Source: the human T2T-CHM13v2.0 reference genome, Homo sapiens. Taken from it: DNA of 64,000 nucleotides. The stretch lies in assembly GCF_009914755.1 (NCBI RefSeq), contig NC_060944.1, one strand, 5' to 3'. Position 1 is the first letter of the stretch. Each line of letters starts with the position of its first letter. The notes under the pieces were generated by a model. The model was given only the letters and a program-made list of their open reading frames with translations, was not told the DNA's origin and made no database searches. Position numbers and translations under genes: made by a program. Shown one piece after another: positions 1 through 14,102 of the stretch.

Positions 1-1158
1 AGGTGATCCTGAGCGCCATGGCCACAGGAAGCCCCAGTTCGCCCTGGCTGCGCCGGAAAAGCCACTTTTCCAGTGACTTTTCACCCAGGCTGTGCCGCTG
101 CTTAGGAAGGATGGTTGTAAAAATGTCAAGAATCTGTTGTTTATTTTCCAGACCAGTATCAGGAGCCCCTTCCTCTAAAAGGGTCATCCTAACCACAAAG
201 TCTTCATCTCGACAAGAGCACTTTGGGAAAAATAAAAACACTGTGTTCTCTGACAGACTCATGTCCCGGTGCAATTCTAACTGGGACTTGCTCTCGGCCA
301 TTTTCAGCACAGTGGACAGGGGTTAAAGGCATTTTCTTTAGCACAAAGAACAATGCCTCATCCTGGAATTCTTTTTCTACATCAATGTTAACAGTAACAT
401 CCAGTTTTTGAAGAAGTCAGCTCATCCCGGCCAGCTTTTGTGTATGAGTCCAAGGACGGGCTGATTAATCTCCCAATCATTAAAGCCACAGCATTATCCT
501 GTTCAATTGGTGAGTTAACATAAAAGTACAGATGTGGTCTGGTGAACCACAGCAGCTGTTTGGGTTTAGATCATTTTGATGAAAGTCACTTTCAGGCTCC
601 CCTACTCACAATTGCAATAGATATTTAAAACATAAAATCACCCCCAAAAAACTGGGGTGTAGCCAGTGGACGGAAAATTCTCATGTACCCAAAGCAGCAC
701 TACCTGATACATTGTACAAGGCAGACCGCCTTTCAAGTATGATTAAACATTCTCACAAATTAAAATATCACCTGATGTTTACATATTACCTTATTTCACT
801 TCTACTAATCACGGTAAGGATGCCTTAGCACTGATGCCTTAAAAACGTCTCTGTTTTTCACAGTGGCCCTGTCCGAGGGCAAGGAGGGTCTCATCATCCC
901 CGTTTTCCAGGTGGGAAGACCGAGGCCTAGAGTAGTAAAGTTATTTGCTCAAGGTCTCACAGATCCTTAATGGTATGGCCAGAAGGAGACGTGAGTTCCA
1001 GGATCTACTGTACCTACATTCTCACCACTCAACTGGGAGCATTTTCACCTCAATGCCCAAAAAGGAAGATTGACAATCAATAGCTTTTTAATACCAAAAA
1101 TATTTTCTTTCCCTCCTTTGGCCTCCTTTCTACTCCACACTTAATTGCTACAGACTGA

Positions 1159-1466
<308 letters not shown>

Positions 1467-2418
1467 TATGATGACAGATTTTGAAGAAGTTTGTGAGAGA
1501 GAAGGTGAGAAAATATATACTCTAGAATCCTTTTATGAAAAAGCAAGATGGGAACAAGATGTTAACTTCCAAGGGTATTCGTGATCATAATAATTAAACT
1601 CAGTTCCCCTACTAGGCTCTGCTGGAAGACAGAACCGTGATGCTGAGTCAATCTCAGTGCCAAGTGTCATGCTGACCCCTGCAAGTGGACACGGTCCCAG
1701 GCCCTCCATGACGAGTGTATCAAGAAGGTACTCAGATTGTGACTGCAGGCTTTGAGGTCCACCTGCCTGAGCTGACTGAATCCCTGCGGGACACCACAAA
1801 TTTCTCATCCATATTCAGCCTCAGCCTCCCCATCCGTAAAATGGGCTCAGGCTATTGTGAGGCTTATGTGAGACACTGCATTGTCAACACTTAGCCTGAT
1901 GCCTAAGGTACAGGAGGCACACAAGCAAAGTACATTCTTCTTTAGTGGTTGTTCTCTGATGGCCCTTACCTCTGCAAAAGGTGAAAAACCAGGGCCTGAA
2001 TAGTCATTCAGCATTTAACTCTGCGTCTTTCACTCCAGCAAACAAATTATAACAACGTACCCACAATTAAAATAACTCATGTACACTCCACTTGCCCCAT
2101 GCCAGGCACTGGATGTCACCACTGCTAACGCACACATCCTCACCACATGGCAGGAATGACCAGCACCGCTTAACAGGGGAGGAATCTTGAGCACCAAGAA
2201 GTTCAGGGACTGGCTCAAGGTCTATCAGCTGGAATGCAGCCAGGTGGGGGATTTAAACTGGCGAGGTAGGGGTGACAGCTCCAAAGCATAATCTAATTCC
2301 CAGGCTTTTTCCATGATAATTACATAGCCACATGTACATGTGCAGAGGGAGCAGCTGCCCACCCACCTACATGGTATAGCCACAGGCACATGTGCAGAGG
2401 GGCCAGCTGTCCACTCAC

Positions 2419-2574
2419 CTGCATGGTGCTGATACAGAGGCTCCTGTGAATCACGAACTGGCTGAGGGCGGCTGACCGCTTGTAGCTGTTCCGGCCATGC
2501 ACCATAAGCAACCGGCCAAGATGCTTAAATTGAGTGATGGAGAAGTCTGCAGCCAACGAAGCCTGTTTTCCTTC
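2419..2574 (-). CDS. ATP9A: ATP9A coding exon (~23), 156 nt: [11 protein letters not shown]...HGRNSYKR...ISTMQ
   Basis: acceptor ttttag, donor CAG|gtgag. Confidence 0.97.
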
Positions 2575-3034
2575 CTAAAATCCAATAAAATTAGGCACCA
2601 TCAGAAGCACAAGAGGTCAGGGCAAACACATTTTCTTTCACTGAAAAAGCAAGACATTGTAGGAAATCTTTGAAGAACTTCAAGAAAGAAATTCTTTGGT
2701 TTCAAGCTATATGCAGTTGGTGGTCCAAGTCTAAATTTGATTTTAAAAGGGGAATTTATTTAAATAAAAACCATTCCGAATCACATATAGTTATAATTTG
2801 GACGTCAAGTGGATCTAATACTTTGGGAGTTCAGCCCACCCCATAAGTAGCAAAGAATCATTTAAAAATAGATATTTTAAAACATTCAGTTCCCTTAAGA
2901 GCTAATTAAACAAGAGGCAAAAACCCAGAGCTACTAACAATATTAGATAGGATATTCCTGAATACACAGCTCTGCACACTCACAGAAGTGGGAATAACTT
3001 GCAGTGCAACCATATAATGGAATTCTCTCATTTT

Positions 3035-3342
3035 GTATTTTTTAATTTTTATTTTTTCTTGAGACTGGGTCCCACTCTGTCACGCAGGCTGGAGTACAGT
3101 GGTGTGATCTTGGCTTACAGCAACTTCTGCCTCCCAGGTTCAAGCCATCCTCCCACCTCAGCCTCCTGAGCAGCTGGGAGCACAGACATGCACCACCACA
3201 CCTGACTAATTTAGTTATTTTTGGTAGAGATGGGGTTTCTCCATGTTGCCGAGTTTGGTCTCAAACTCCTGAGCTCAAGCCATCCGCCCACCTCAGCCTC
3301 CCAAAGTGCTGGGATTCCAGGCATGAGCAGCTGCACCTGGCC
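3035..3342 (-). mobile_element. Alu (J-type)
   Basis: Alu consensus; TSD gaattctctcatttt on both sides. Confidence 0.92.
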
Positions 3343-3359
3343 GAATTCTCTCATTTTAA

Positions 3360-4090
3360 AAGGCAGTGACAGCCAGCAATAAAGGGACAGAGGGACATGA
3401 GAGCCTCTGGATACGACACAACAGGAAGAACACCAATTCCCCTTGTACAGTGCTCATGCCAAACCAGAATTGGAACCGAATCAATCTGATGGGTTCAAGA
3501 ACTGTGTGCCGTGAGACACTACAACTGTCCTGAATGCTTCAAAAATGTCACTGACATGAAAAACAAAACACCCGCTAACCAAACCAAACAAAAAGAGAGA
3601 AACGTGTTCTACAATAAAGAAGATCAGAAACATGAGGACATGCTAATAAATGTGATTTGCAATCCTTCCTGGAGCTTTTATTACTTAAGCTGTGAAGACA
3701 CTCAGAGGACAGATGGGGGAATTTGAGCATGAATATTATCCAGTACCATTATATATCAATGTTAACACGGGGTTGAGCATGAATATTATATAGTAGCATT
3801 GTATCGATGTTACATGGGGTGGGGGTGCCTGGGGGGGCGGGGCGGGGGGTGGGGCGTGGTTATGATGTTACTTTCTTTGTGTGGGAGAATGTCCTTGTTC
3901 TAAAGAGATCCAGCTGAAATATTTAGGGGTAACATTACATACAATTTACTTTCTACTGATTCAAAGAAAGAAAGATAATGTAGCAAATAGTAACAATTGG
4001 CCAAAGTGAAGGGTAGATGAATGCTCACTGTTCTATTTCAACTTTTCCATTGTTGTATTTCAACTTTTGACATTTTTCAAAATAAAAAGG
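3360..4090 (+). mobile_element. Old L1M (L1ME/MC-like) 3' fragment
   Basis: degenerate similarity to ancient L1 3' UTR ending caaaataaaaag. Confidence 0.5.
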
Positions 4091-4372
4091 TAGAGTCAGA
4101 GTAAGAAGTGATGGCTCTGTATGCTCTCATGTAGGAACAAATCCATGATGTAGCAGATTTAAGTAAGCTGCACAACAAAATGTACAGTGTGTTTTCAATT
4201 TAAAAAAATACATGAAAATTACATATATATACATGTGTAAGATATTTGTATAGATAGCAAATATATACACACTCATAACCAGTAATATACACACAGAAAA
4301 AATGTTGAGAGAATAACCAGTGTTACTCATTTGATGCAGTTACCTAAAAGAAAAGATGCGTTTTACTTCTAG

Positions 4373-4677
<305 letters not shown>

Positions 4678-5062
4678 TAGATTCTTTTAATTTTTTATAG
4701 TGAGCACTATTTTATATCCCAAGAAACAAAGGAACCAGAATACCATTTTTAATAGAAGGGAAAATGCTTTAATTTTTTAAGAACTGGTAGAGAATGCCAT
4801 TAAACTCAAAAACATGCTTCTTAAAAACTGTATTCAGGGAATCTATACAGACTTCTGATATATCTCATTCAAAAATCATTTCACTCTACAACTTTAAATC
4901 ATCGTCATCTTGCTGAGAACCAGAGAACCAGAAAGGGTGGTAAAGAGGGGGAAAAAAAGCCCTATGGGTCAGCCAAAGTCATGAAGCTATGCAACAGGAT
5001 GGACAGGGGAGCATCTCTGCTGCCCCCTCCGGGCCTTGGCACTCCTATACTTCAAACACACT

Positions 5063-5360
5063 TCTTTTCTTTTTTTTTGAGATGGAGTTTTGCTCTTTCA
5101 CCTAGGCAAGAGTACAGTGGCTCAATCTCGATTCACTGCAACCTCCACCTCCTGGGTTCAAGTGATTCTCCTGCCTCAGCCTCCTGAGTAGCTGGGATTA
5201 CAGGCATGTGCCACCACATCTCACTAATTTTTGTATTTTTAGTAGAGACGGGGTTTCACCATGTTTGCCAGGCTGGTCTCGAACTCCTGAGCTCAAGTGA
5301 TCCTCCCGCCTCAGCCTCCCAAACTGCTGGGATTACAGGCGTGAGCCACCGCTTCCAGCC
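5063..5360 (-). mobile_element. Alu (S-type)
   Basis: Alu consensus. Confidence 0.92.
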
Positions 5361-5603
5361 CTTCACACACAGTCCTAACAAACTCGGTGACCCATCTTCT
5401 TGCCTCTTGTCATTTAGAGGTCACAAATTAGGGCCGAGTAAACTGTAAGAGGCAAGCGCACAATTGGCAAGGAGAAAAAGACAGAAAAAATATTTCCTAA
5501 CACACCAACTTTTAAAAATTATACCTGCCAAGGCCTTTTGGTGAGAAGTGAACTAAGCCACACTCTTCCATAGCGCCCAAGAGATCAGCACAGAGCAGGA
5601 TAA

Positions 5604-5986
<383 letters not shown>

Positions 5987-6231
5987 TAGAAACACTTTTT
6001 CTTTTTTTAAATTCAGGTCGTGGCAAACAAAAAGCCAACATTCATCTGTCTGTAAGATGTAGCAATACAGACCTCTATCTTCCCAGTGACACAAGGTAAC
6101 TGTGACACATGATTCCTTATGTTTTATCATTCTTTATCTGGAATTTCCAGAAGGCTTAAAGCTGTGTCTTTGAGGGAAAAAGAACCAAGAAACTACAGCA
6201 AGTGGAGCCGAGCAGAGGGAAACACTCTCAC

Positions 6232-6296
6232 CTTTCCTTCCACTCCCACGCCGCAGTCAGATTCCTGAATCATGCTGACGTCATTGCCTCCGTCCC
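6232..6296 (-). CDS. ATP9A: ATP9A coding exon (~22), 65 nt: (G)[21 protein letters not shown]
   Basis: acceptor tcgcag, donor AAG|gtgag; GDGGND hinge motif. Confidence 0.97.
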
Positions 6297-6681
6297 CTGC
6301 GAGCCACACAGACCAGAGAGAAAAGATGTTTCATTCTTACCTTAACCAAGAATGTATGCTTGTCTTTACCGCACTCTCGTCTTTCACGGAGCGCTTGCTG
6401 AGTGCCTGGCCTGCCCCGTCCATTCCATCTCTCCAACCCCTTGACTACCAAGATCCTGTTTCACAGGCAGAGTGGCTGAGTGTCAGAGAGCCCAGGCGGC
6501 TTGCCAAGGGTCCCGGCACTGAGCAGCAGCAGTGGGACTGTGTCCACATAGGCATTTACCACCACCTGTCCTCCTCGGAGGCCGGGATACCCCAGGATTA
6601 CCATCAGCAGCAACTTGTAGTGCTCTTACTGGACGCTTTCCATGCAGCGTGGCAAGCACATTTTAAAGGTGATCCTTTTTA

Positions 6682-6993
<312 letters not shown>

Positions 6994-6999
6994 TCATGA

Positions 7000-7150
7000 C
7001 ACCATTTAAGGAAGCCACAATTATTATTCCCATTCTACCATAAGCAAACCGAGGCTCAGATGGGTGAAAGAAGCCACCTGGGGCACCCACTGGCAAAGGC
7101 CAGTGGAAAGATTTGAACCCAGATCCAACCCCACAGTGTGTGGTCTCCAC
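7000..7150. mobile_element. MIR fragment
   Basis: MIR core (cccattcta...aaaccgaggctcaga...gatttgaacccag); similar MIR pieces near 890, 1800, 2150, 8700, 14350, 18570, 25450, 38200, 59650. Confidence 0.7.
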
Positions 7151-7403
7151 CCCCTGGAAGGCTGCACTCTTGAGCCACTGGCAAAGGAGTAGAGGCCTGG
7201 CACGTGCTTATCTACTCTCCAAGGGAAATATTAAAAATAATAACAAAAAGAGCCAAAGTCTGAGAGGTGGAGAAAAATCATGACCTGAACAAAGGGGCCT
7301 GGGGAATTTGAAGAAAGAGCAGCAGTGTCCAAATATCCTTAGGGAAAGGGAGCCTGGTGCACCGGCAGGCCAGGGCCAGCAGCACAGCCTGAGCCTCGCC
7401 TAC

Positions 7404-7548
7404 CTACTGCACAGGTGAGCTTGCCCGTGCGCTCCTGAAGCAGGCGCACGATCTGGGCCTTCTGGGTGGGGGCACATCGGCAGCAGACTACGGCCGGGCA
7501 CTGGCAGGCCAGCTCCATGAACTCGTACTCATAGTACTTGAGGCAAAC
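7404..7548 (-). CDS. ATP9A: ATP9A coding exon (~21), 145 nt: VCLKYYEY...[10 protein letters not shown]...TCAV(G)
   Basis: acceptor ctgcag, donor G|gtagg; CCRxxPxQKA motif. Confidence 0.97.
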
Positions 7549-7554
7549 CTGCAG

Positions 7555-7608
7555 GGTGGAGGGAGAGGTGGTGCGTTGGTGGAGGGAGAGGTGGTGCGTT
7601 GGTGGAGG
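7555..7608. repeat. 23-bp tandem duplication (2.3 copies) in the 147-nt intron
   Basis: ggtggagggagaggtggtgcgtt x2 + ggtggagg, exact. Confidence 0.95.
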
Positions 7609-7695
7609 TCGCTGCCGAGCCTGCAGTGCCCCTGCCGAAGCCGGGTAAGACCCAGGCTGCTGGGAGGACTGGCTCTCAGGGGTCCCCAAGCTCAC

Positions 7696-7785
7696 CTCCA
7701 GGGAGTCTCCCGAGATGACCAGGGCACAATCATGCTTCCTGCGGAAGGCGTTCAGCTCGAGGTGAGCCTCCCCGCGGTTGGTCAC
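7696..7785 (-). CDS. ATP9A: ATP9A coding exon (~20), 90 nt: VTNRGEAH...ISGDSLE
   Basis: acceptor ttccag, donor GAG|gtgag. Confidence 0.97.
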
Positions 7786-8023
7786 CTGGAAGGGAACAGA
7801 GATGGGGAAGGAGGCATTGCTCTCCGGACATGATAGAACAACAAACAGTGGCTTCCAGGAGCCCACATGAAGACAACGGCCACCCCAGCCAAGGGTCCCT
7901 CCCCTCCCCTGCCACCAGAGGCAGCACCAAATGGAATCCTATTGGTTGACTCTGCAGGAATCAAGAGAGCCCATGTGCCAACCACCACCTACAATTTCCC
8001 CCAGGACTAAAAATGCCTGTACT

Positions 8024-8629
<606 letters not shown>

Positions 8630-8835
8630 GCCTGTACTTTCATTTTCGGCCAGGTGTTGGATGATGCATTCGGTGGATTTTTCTCATTTATTTCTCACAA
8701 CGGCTCTATGAGGTGCCAAAAAGAAGAAGCTCTATTTTGCACCTAAGGAAACTGAAGCATGGTGACATCTGCTAACCTGACTAAAGGCACATGGCTAGTA
8801 TGCTGTAGCCCAGGTATGCAGAGCCAGGCACCTAG

Positions 8836-9057
8836 CAGGGACTGGGCCACTTTTCTGTAAAGGACCAGATGTTAACTATTGTAGGCTTTGAGGACCACAT
8901 GGTCTCCATCACAACCACTCAGCTCTGCCGTTGTAATCCAAAAGCAGTCGTACACCATATGCAAACGAGCCGGTCTGTCTACACTCCAATAAAACAAAAT
9001 ACCTGCTGTTTAGAAAAACAGGTGGCTAGCACATAGGTCATTAGTTTGCAATCCCTG
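8836..9057 (+). mobile_element. MER58A-like hAT-Charlie MITE
   Basis: caggg...ttttctgtaaaggaccagat...tagtttgcaatccctg matches recalled MER58A. Confidence 0.8.
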
Positions 9058-9071
9058 AATTCTAGAACAGA

Positions 9072-10046
<975 letters not shown>

Positions 10047-10814
10047 CTATGCTATTTCAAAAATCCCTGGATTTTTTGAAGCTTCTGTGTGCTATGGACC
10101 AAAGGCGGGGTGAGGGCGAGACCCCCAAACATCTAGAGACCCTCCAGTGGTTTGCCATCGTGGCTCTGGTTTCAGATCAGTGGGATTACTATATCCTGCC
10201 CCAAAGAGGACCCGGTCCCCCTACCTCCCCAATGCAATAAAGCCTAGCACAGTCCTCACTGGCAGCAGTTCCTGATGTGCACATTGTCTTGGTCAATGTC
10301 TGCCACAAGGGCGGGCGATTTCTCATTTGCCCATCCAGTTCACCTCCTTCAAAAGGCTCCTCAATGGTCCTAAATGCTTCCCCTCTCAGGAGGGCAGATG
10401 GACCAGTATCTGTGGCCTGGAATTTCTTTCTTATCCAAGGACTTGACTTTCAGGGGTTCCGTGAAATCCCAGGAATCCCATGCATAATTTCATGTGTATG
10501 AGTGGATCTGCATCTTTCGGGGGGAGTGCCTGACTTTCATCAGCTTCTCAAAGGGACCACGACCCCCAAAAGGTTAAGAGCATGGCATTAGCACAGGGCT
10601 AGAAGGAGGTACTCCCAAACCACTACTGGAAGAAACTCTCCAGCCGGCGCCTGGGTCATTAATCATCCCATCCAAAGCAACCGTGGTTGATGCTCCCCAC
10701 CCTAGGTAATTCACATGCTGCCCCTCCCTTCTTAAGGGGCCCACTCAAGGTTAGGAGGTTATAGGACAAATCGAACATCATCCCCACATGGCCCTAACGC
10801 AGAGGACACTTTAC

Positions 10815-10913
10815 CAGCCGAAAAACGTGGATGTCTTGGTTTCTGGTCACCAGATGTGCATTCTTCGCTGTGCACGTAGCTGTCTCCAGCTTGTCCCCTG
10901 TCAGCATCCAAAC
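10815..10913 (-). CDS. ATP9A: ATP9A coding exon (~19), 99 nt: [12 protein letters not shown]...IHVFRL
   Basis: acceptor tttcag, donor CTG|gtaaa; TGD motif; read by hand, this frame is absent from the ORF track. Confidence 0.97.
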
Positions 10914-12239
10914 CTGAAATCATGGCGTGACAGAGGTCCTGTTTATTAGTTTTTGAGGCCGGCCTGTCATCTGCAACAGCTGAGTTTCCAACAACATGGA
11001 GCTGAACTTGGTATGTTCCGTTTACCTCCTGCCGACTCATGCTGTCCCCAACACAACACAGCAAGCGCCCTGGCTGAAGGGCTCTGGGACTCCAAGCAAC
11101 CACTGCTGGTAGCAGCAAAAACTGGCAGATGCTTCTAGAAAGGGCCATTTGGCCACACACTACAGGAGGTACTATGAAGCTCGGTCCTTGGACCGCATAA
11201 TTCCCCTTCTGAGGATTTTTCTTAAAGTGATAAATATCCTAAAAGAAGGGAAAGGCTGTACAGGTGAGGGGGCACTTCCCTGTCCTACAGGAAACACTCA
11301 TTTTTGACGCTGTGGACTTTCTATGTAGTTGGATGAGCAAGACAGACCCTTCTGGGGTTTAACTCAGCTTATAAAACGCTGACCGTAAATGAGTCAGGTT
11401 CTTCCGTATCGTGCATTAGCTCACACTGCATTTCTCTGCTGTGGGCTCAGAGAGGGTAGATGACTTGCCCCAAACCACACAGCTACCTCTTGTCCTAACC
11501 AGGCCCAGAATCCGGGTCTTTAGAGTCCTCATGGAATGTGCTTCCTGCTCTGTGATTTTACCTCATTAACCCTTTTGTTCTCTTTGCTCCCAGCTGGGAG
11601 CAGTCTTGGGGCTATCGGTCAAAGAAAATCTGGATAGGAGGGAAAGTATAGGAAAGAAGATCATGACAATTGTCTCCTGAGTGTCCACTACGTGCCCAGC
11701 ACCCACGCTGAGCTCTCTGTTACCTTCATGACAGCTTCTGGAGGCTGGAAATGGAAGCGCTAAGAGCTTCAGTCATTTGCCAAGGGTCACAGAAGAAGTA
11801 AAGGGAGAGGTAGGATGGAAACCCAGGCAGTGAGACGGGCAGAAGGAAGGCACCGGGCACCTCTCAGGGCTGAGCCTCCCGGGCCCTCTCCCCTAGCTGG
11901 GTCTGTTTTCCCTCAATATCCCGCCTGTCCTAAAAATAATATTCTTTTTGGTGAGCTTCGTTTAGTCATAGTTCTCAGGGTTTGAGGTAAGAGAACAAAC
12001 ACTGGGGAAGGAATTGGGAAGTTCAAGTTCCAGAAAAGCATGAAAAGAACGATCAGGTGCACGACATGGCTAATGTCCCATGCTGTGATGAAGGCAAGGT
12101 ACTACAGGAAGGGTCCAAGACCCCAGCTCCAGTCCCGGCTCTGCTGCTTCCCAATGTGAGAACCTGGGGAATGGAGACGCCTCACTTAGCCTCAGTTTCT
12201 ACATCCATACAAGGGGCTGATTTAGAAAATATCCTGTGC

Positions 12240-12600
<361 letters not shown>

Positions 12601-13465
12601 TTAATTACCAACTAACCTGCCCCATCCCAGGCACTCCCCTCCTCCTGTCATCTAACAGGAAACTAGAATGGTAAGTCACATGCACACTCTGTGAATAAAA
12701 TATCTCGTCTTGGGCTAACATAGTTTTGAGAAGGAGAAAAACCCCAGGACAAAGATGGAAGCAGAAAATGGAAACTCCAGAAGTCTTAGGAATGGCCAGG
12801 GCCCCACTGCAGACCCCACGATGAAGCAGAAATGGGCCTCCAGCGGCCAGACTTCCGGAAGCAAGGTCCCGTTGGTGATTTCCTTATGACGAACCAGGCC
12901 TGTGAGCCAAATGCAAGCGACAGAATTGGGTTTACAAGGAAACAGGCACGCAGGGGTGGGAGTCCCCAGTGGGCCTGAATGTTGCCTGGCATCTAACCTG
13001 TCCTCCTGCCATGGCCCTGCTGAAAGGACAGGCCCCAGGATGCAGCAGAGAGCCACTTTTGAGTGGAGGCCGGTGGCAGGCACACGTTTCCAGGAGCTCC
13101 AGGCCAATGAGTTTGGTTGTTCACACCTCCCTTGGTCCACTGAGGACCAGGTCCTCACGCGCCCTCTGCTGGCCCCTCCAGATTCAACTCCTAGTATTTT
13201 TTTTTGGGTCGCCACTGGTAGAGTGCAAAATGCTAATACGACAGTGTGATGGCGCTGACGGTCACTCTGCTGGGTGGTCACTCACTCACTTGGCCACACG
13301 GCAGACAGACCGGCGTGCTGATCACTCAACTAGAATTTAATCAGCAGCCATGCACGCTGGACACTGCTCGGCCTTGAGCACCAGGGAGCCCAGTGGAGTC
13401 AGGGGAGTCATCGGTACAGTAAAGGCAAACGCTACACAAGATGTCTTCCAAAATCAGGGCTGGAG

Positions 13466-13766
13466 GGCCAGGCACAGTGGCTCACACCTGTAATCCTAGC
13501 ACTTCGGAGACTGAGACAGACAGATCACCTGAGGTCAGGAGTTCAAAACCAGCCTGGCCAACATGGTGAAACCCTCTATCTACAAAAATATAAAAATTAG
13601 CCAGGCGTGGTGGTACGTGCCTGTAATCCCAGCTACTAGGGAGGATGAGGCACAAGAATTGCTTGAATCCAGGAAGCAGAGGTTGCAGTTAACCAAGATC
13701 ATGCCACTGCACTCCAGCCTGGGCGACACAGCGAGACCCCGTCTCAAAAAAAAAAAAAAAAAAAAA
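13466..13766 (+). mobile_element. Alu (S-type)
   Basis: Alu consensus; TSD aaaatca...tggaggg. Confidence 0.92.
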
Positions 13767-13931
13767 TCACAGTTGGAGGGGCAGAAACAGTGCCTGTGGC
13801 CCATTGCAGATAAGGCACTCCTGGTGTCCTCTGCTGCTCCTCCCACCCTTTCCCCCTGTGATCTCCCTGCACTGCTGAGGGATAACTGGCATTGCCCTGG
13901 AGTGCCCTTCCCTGCGGGCAGCCCGCCCTAC

Positions 13932-14102
13932 CTTGATGCCAGCATTCCTCAGGGTCTCCAGCGTGGGCCGCACATCTGCCTGCAGCTGGTCCTCCACGCC
14001 CGTCAGGCACAGCAGTTCCATCTCCATCTCCAGGCTCTCGATCACCGTGGCCACTTTGAGGGAGCGGTCGTGCACACTCAGCTTGGCCTGGACGTAGCGG
14101 GC
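13932..14102 (-). CDS. ATP9A: ATP9A coding exon (~18), 171 nt: ARYVQAK...TGVEDQLQ...RNAGIK
   Basis: acceptor tcccag, donor AAG|gtagg. Confidence 0.97.

Noticed and set aside
3-411. 107-aa and 62-aa plus-strand ORFs at the window start
   Set aside because: No recognisable domain or splice structure, non-ATG starts, antisense in an intron; the next ATP9A exon (AVFSSVFY...) is not in 1-2418
7911-7927. CTCF-like ccaccagaggcagca (also weak matches at 40364 and 41088)
   Set aside because: Spacing or core positions deviate from the consensus; not supportable without ChIP data
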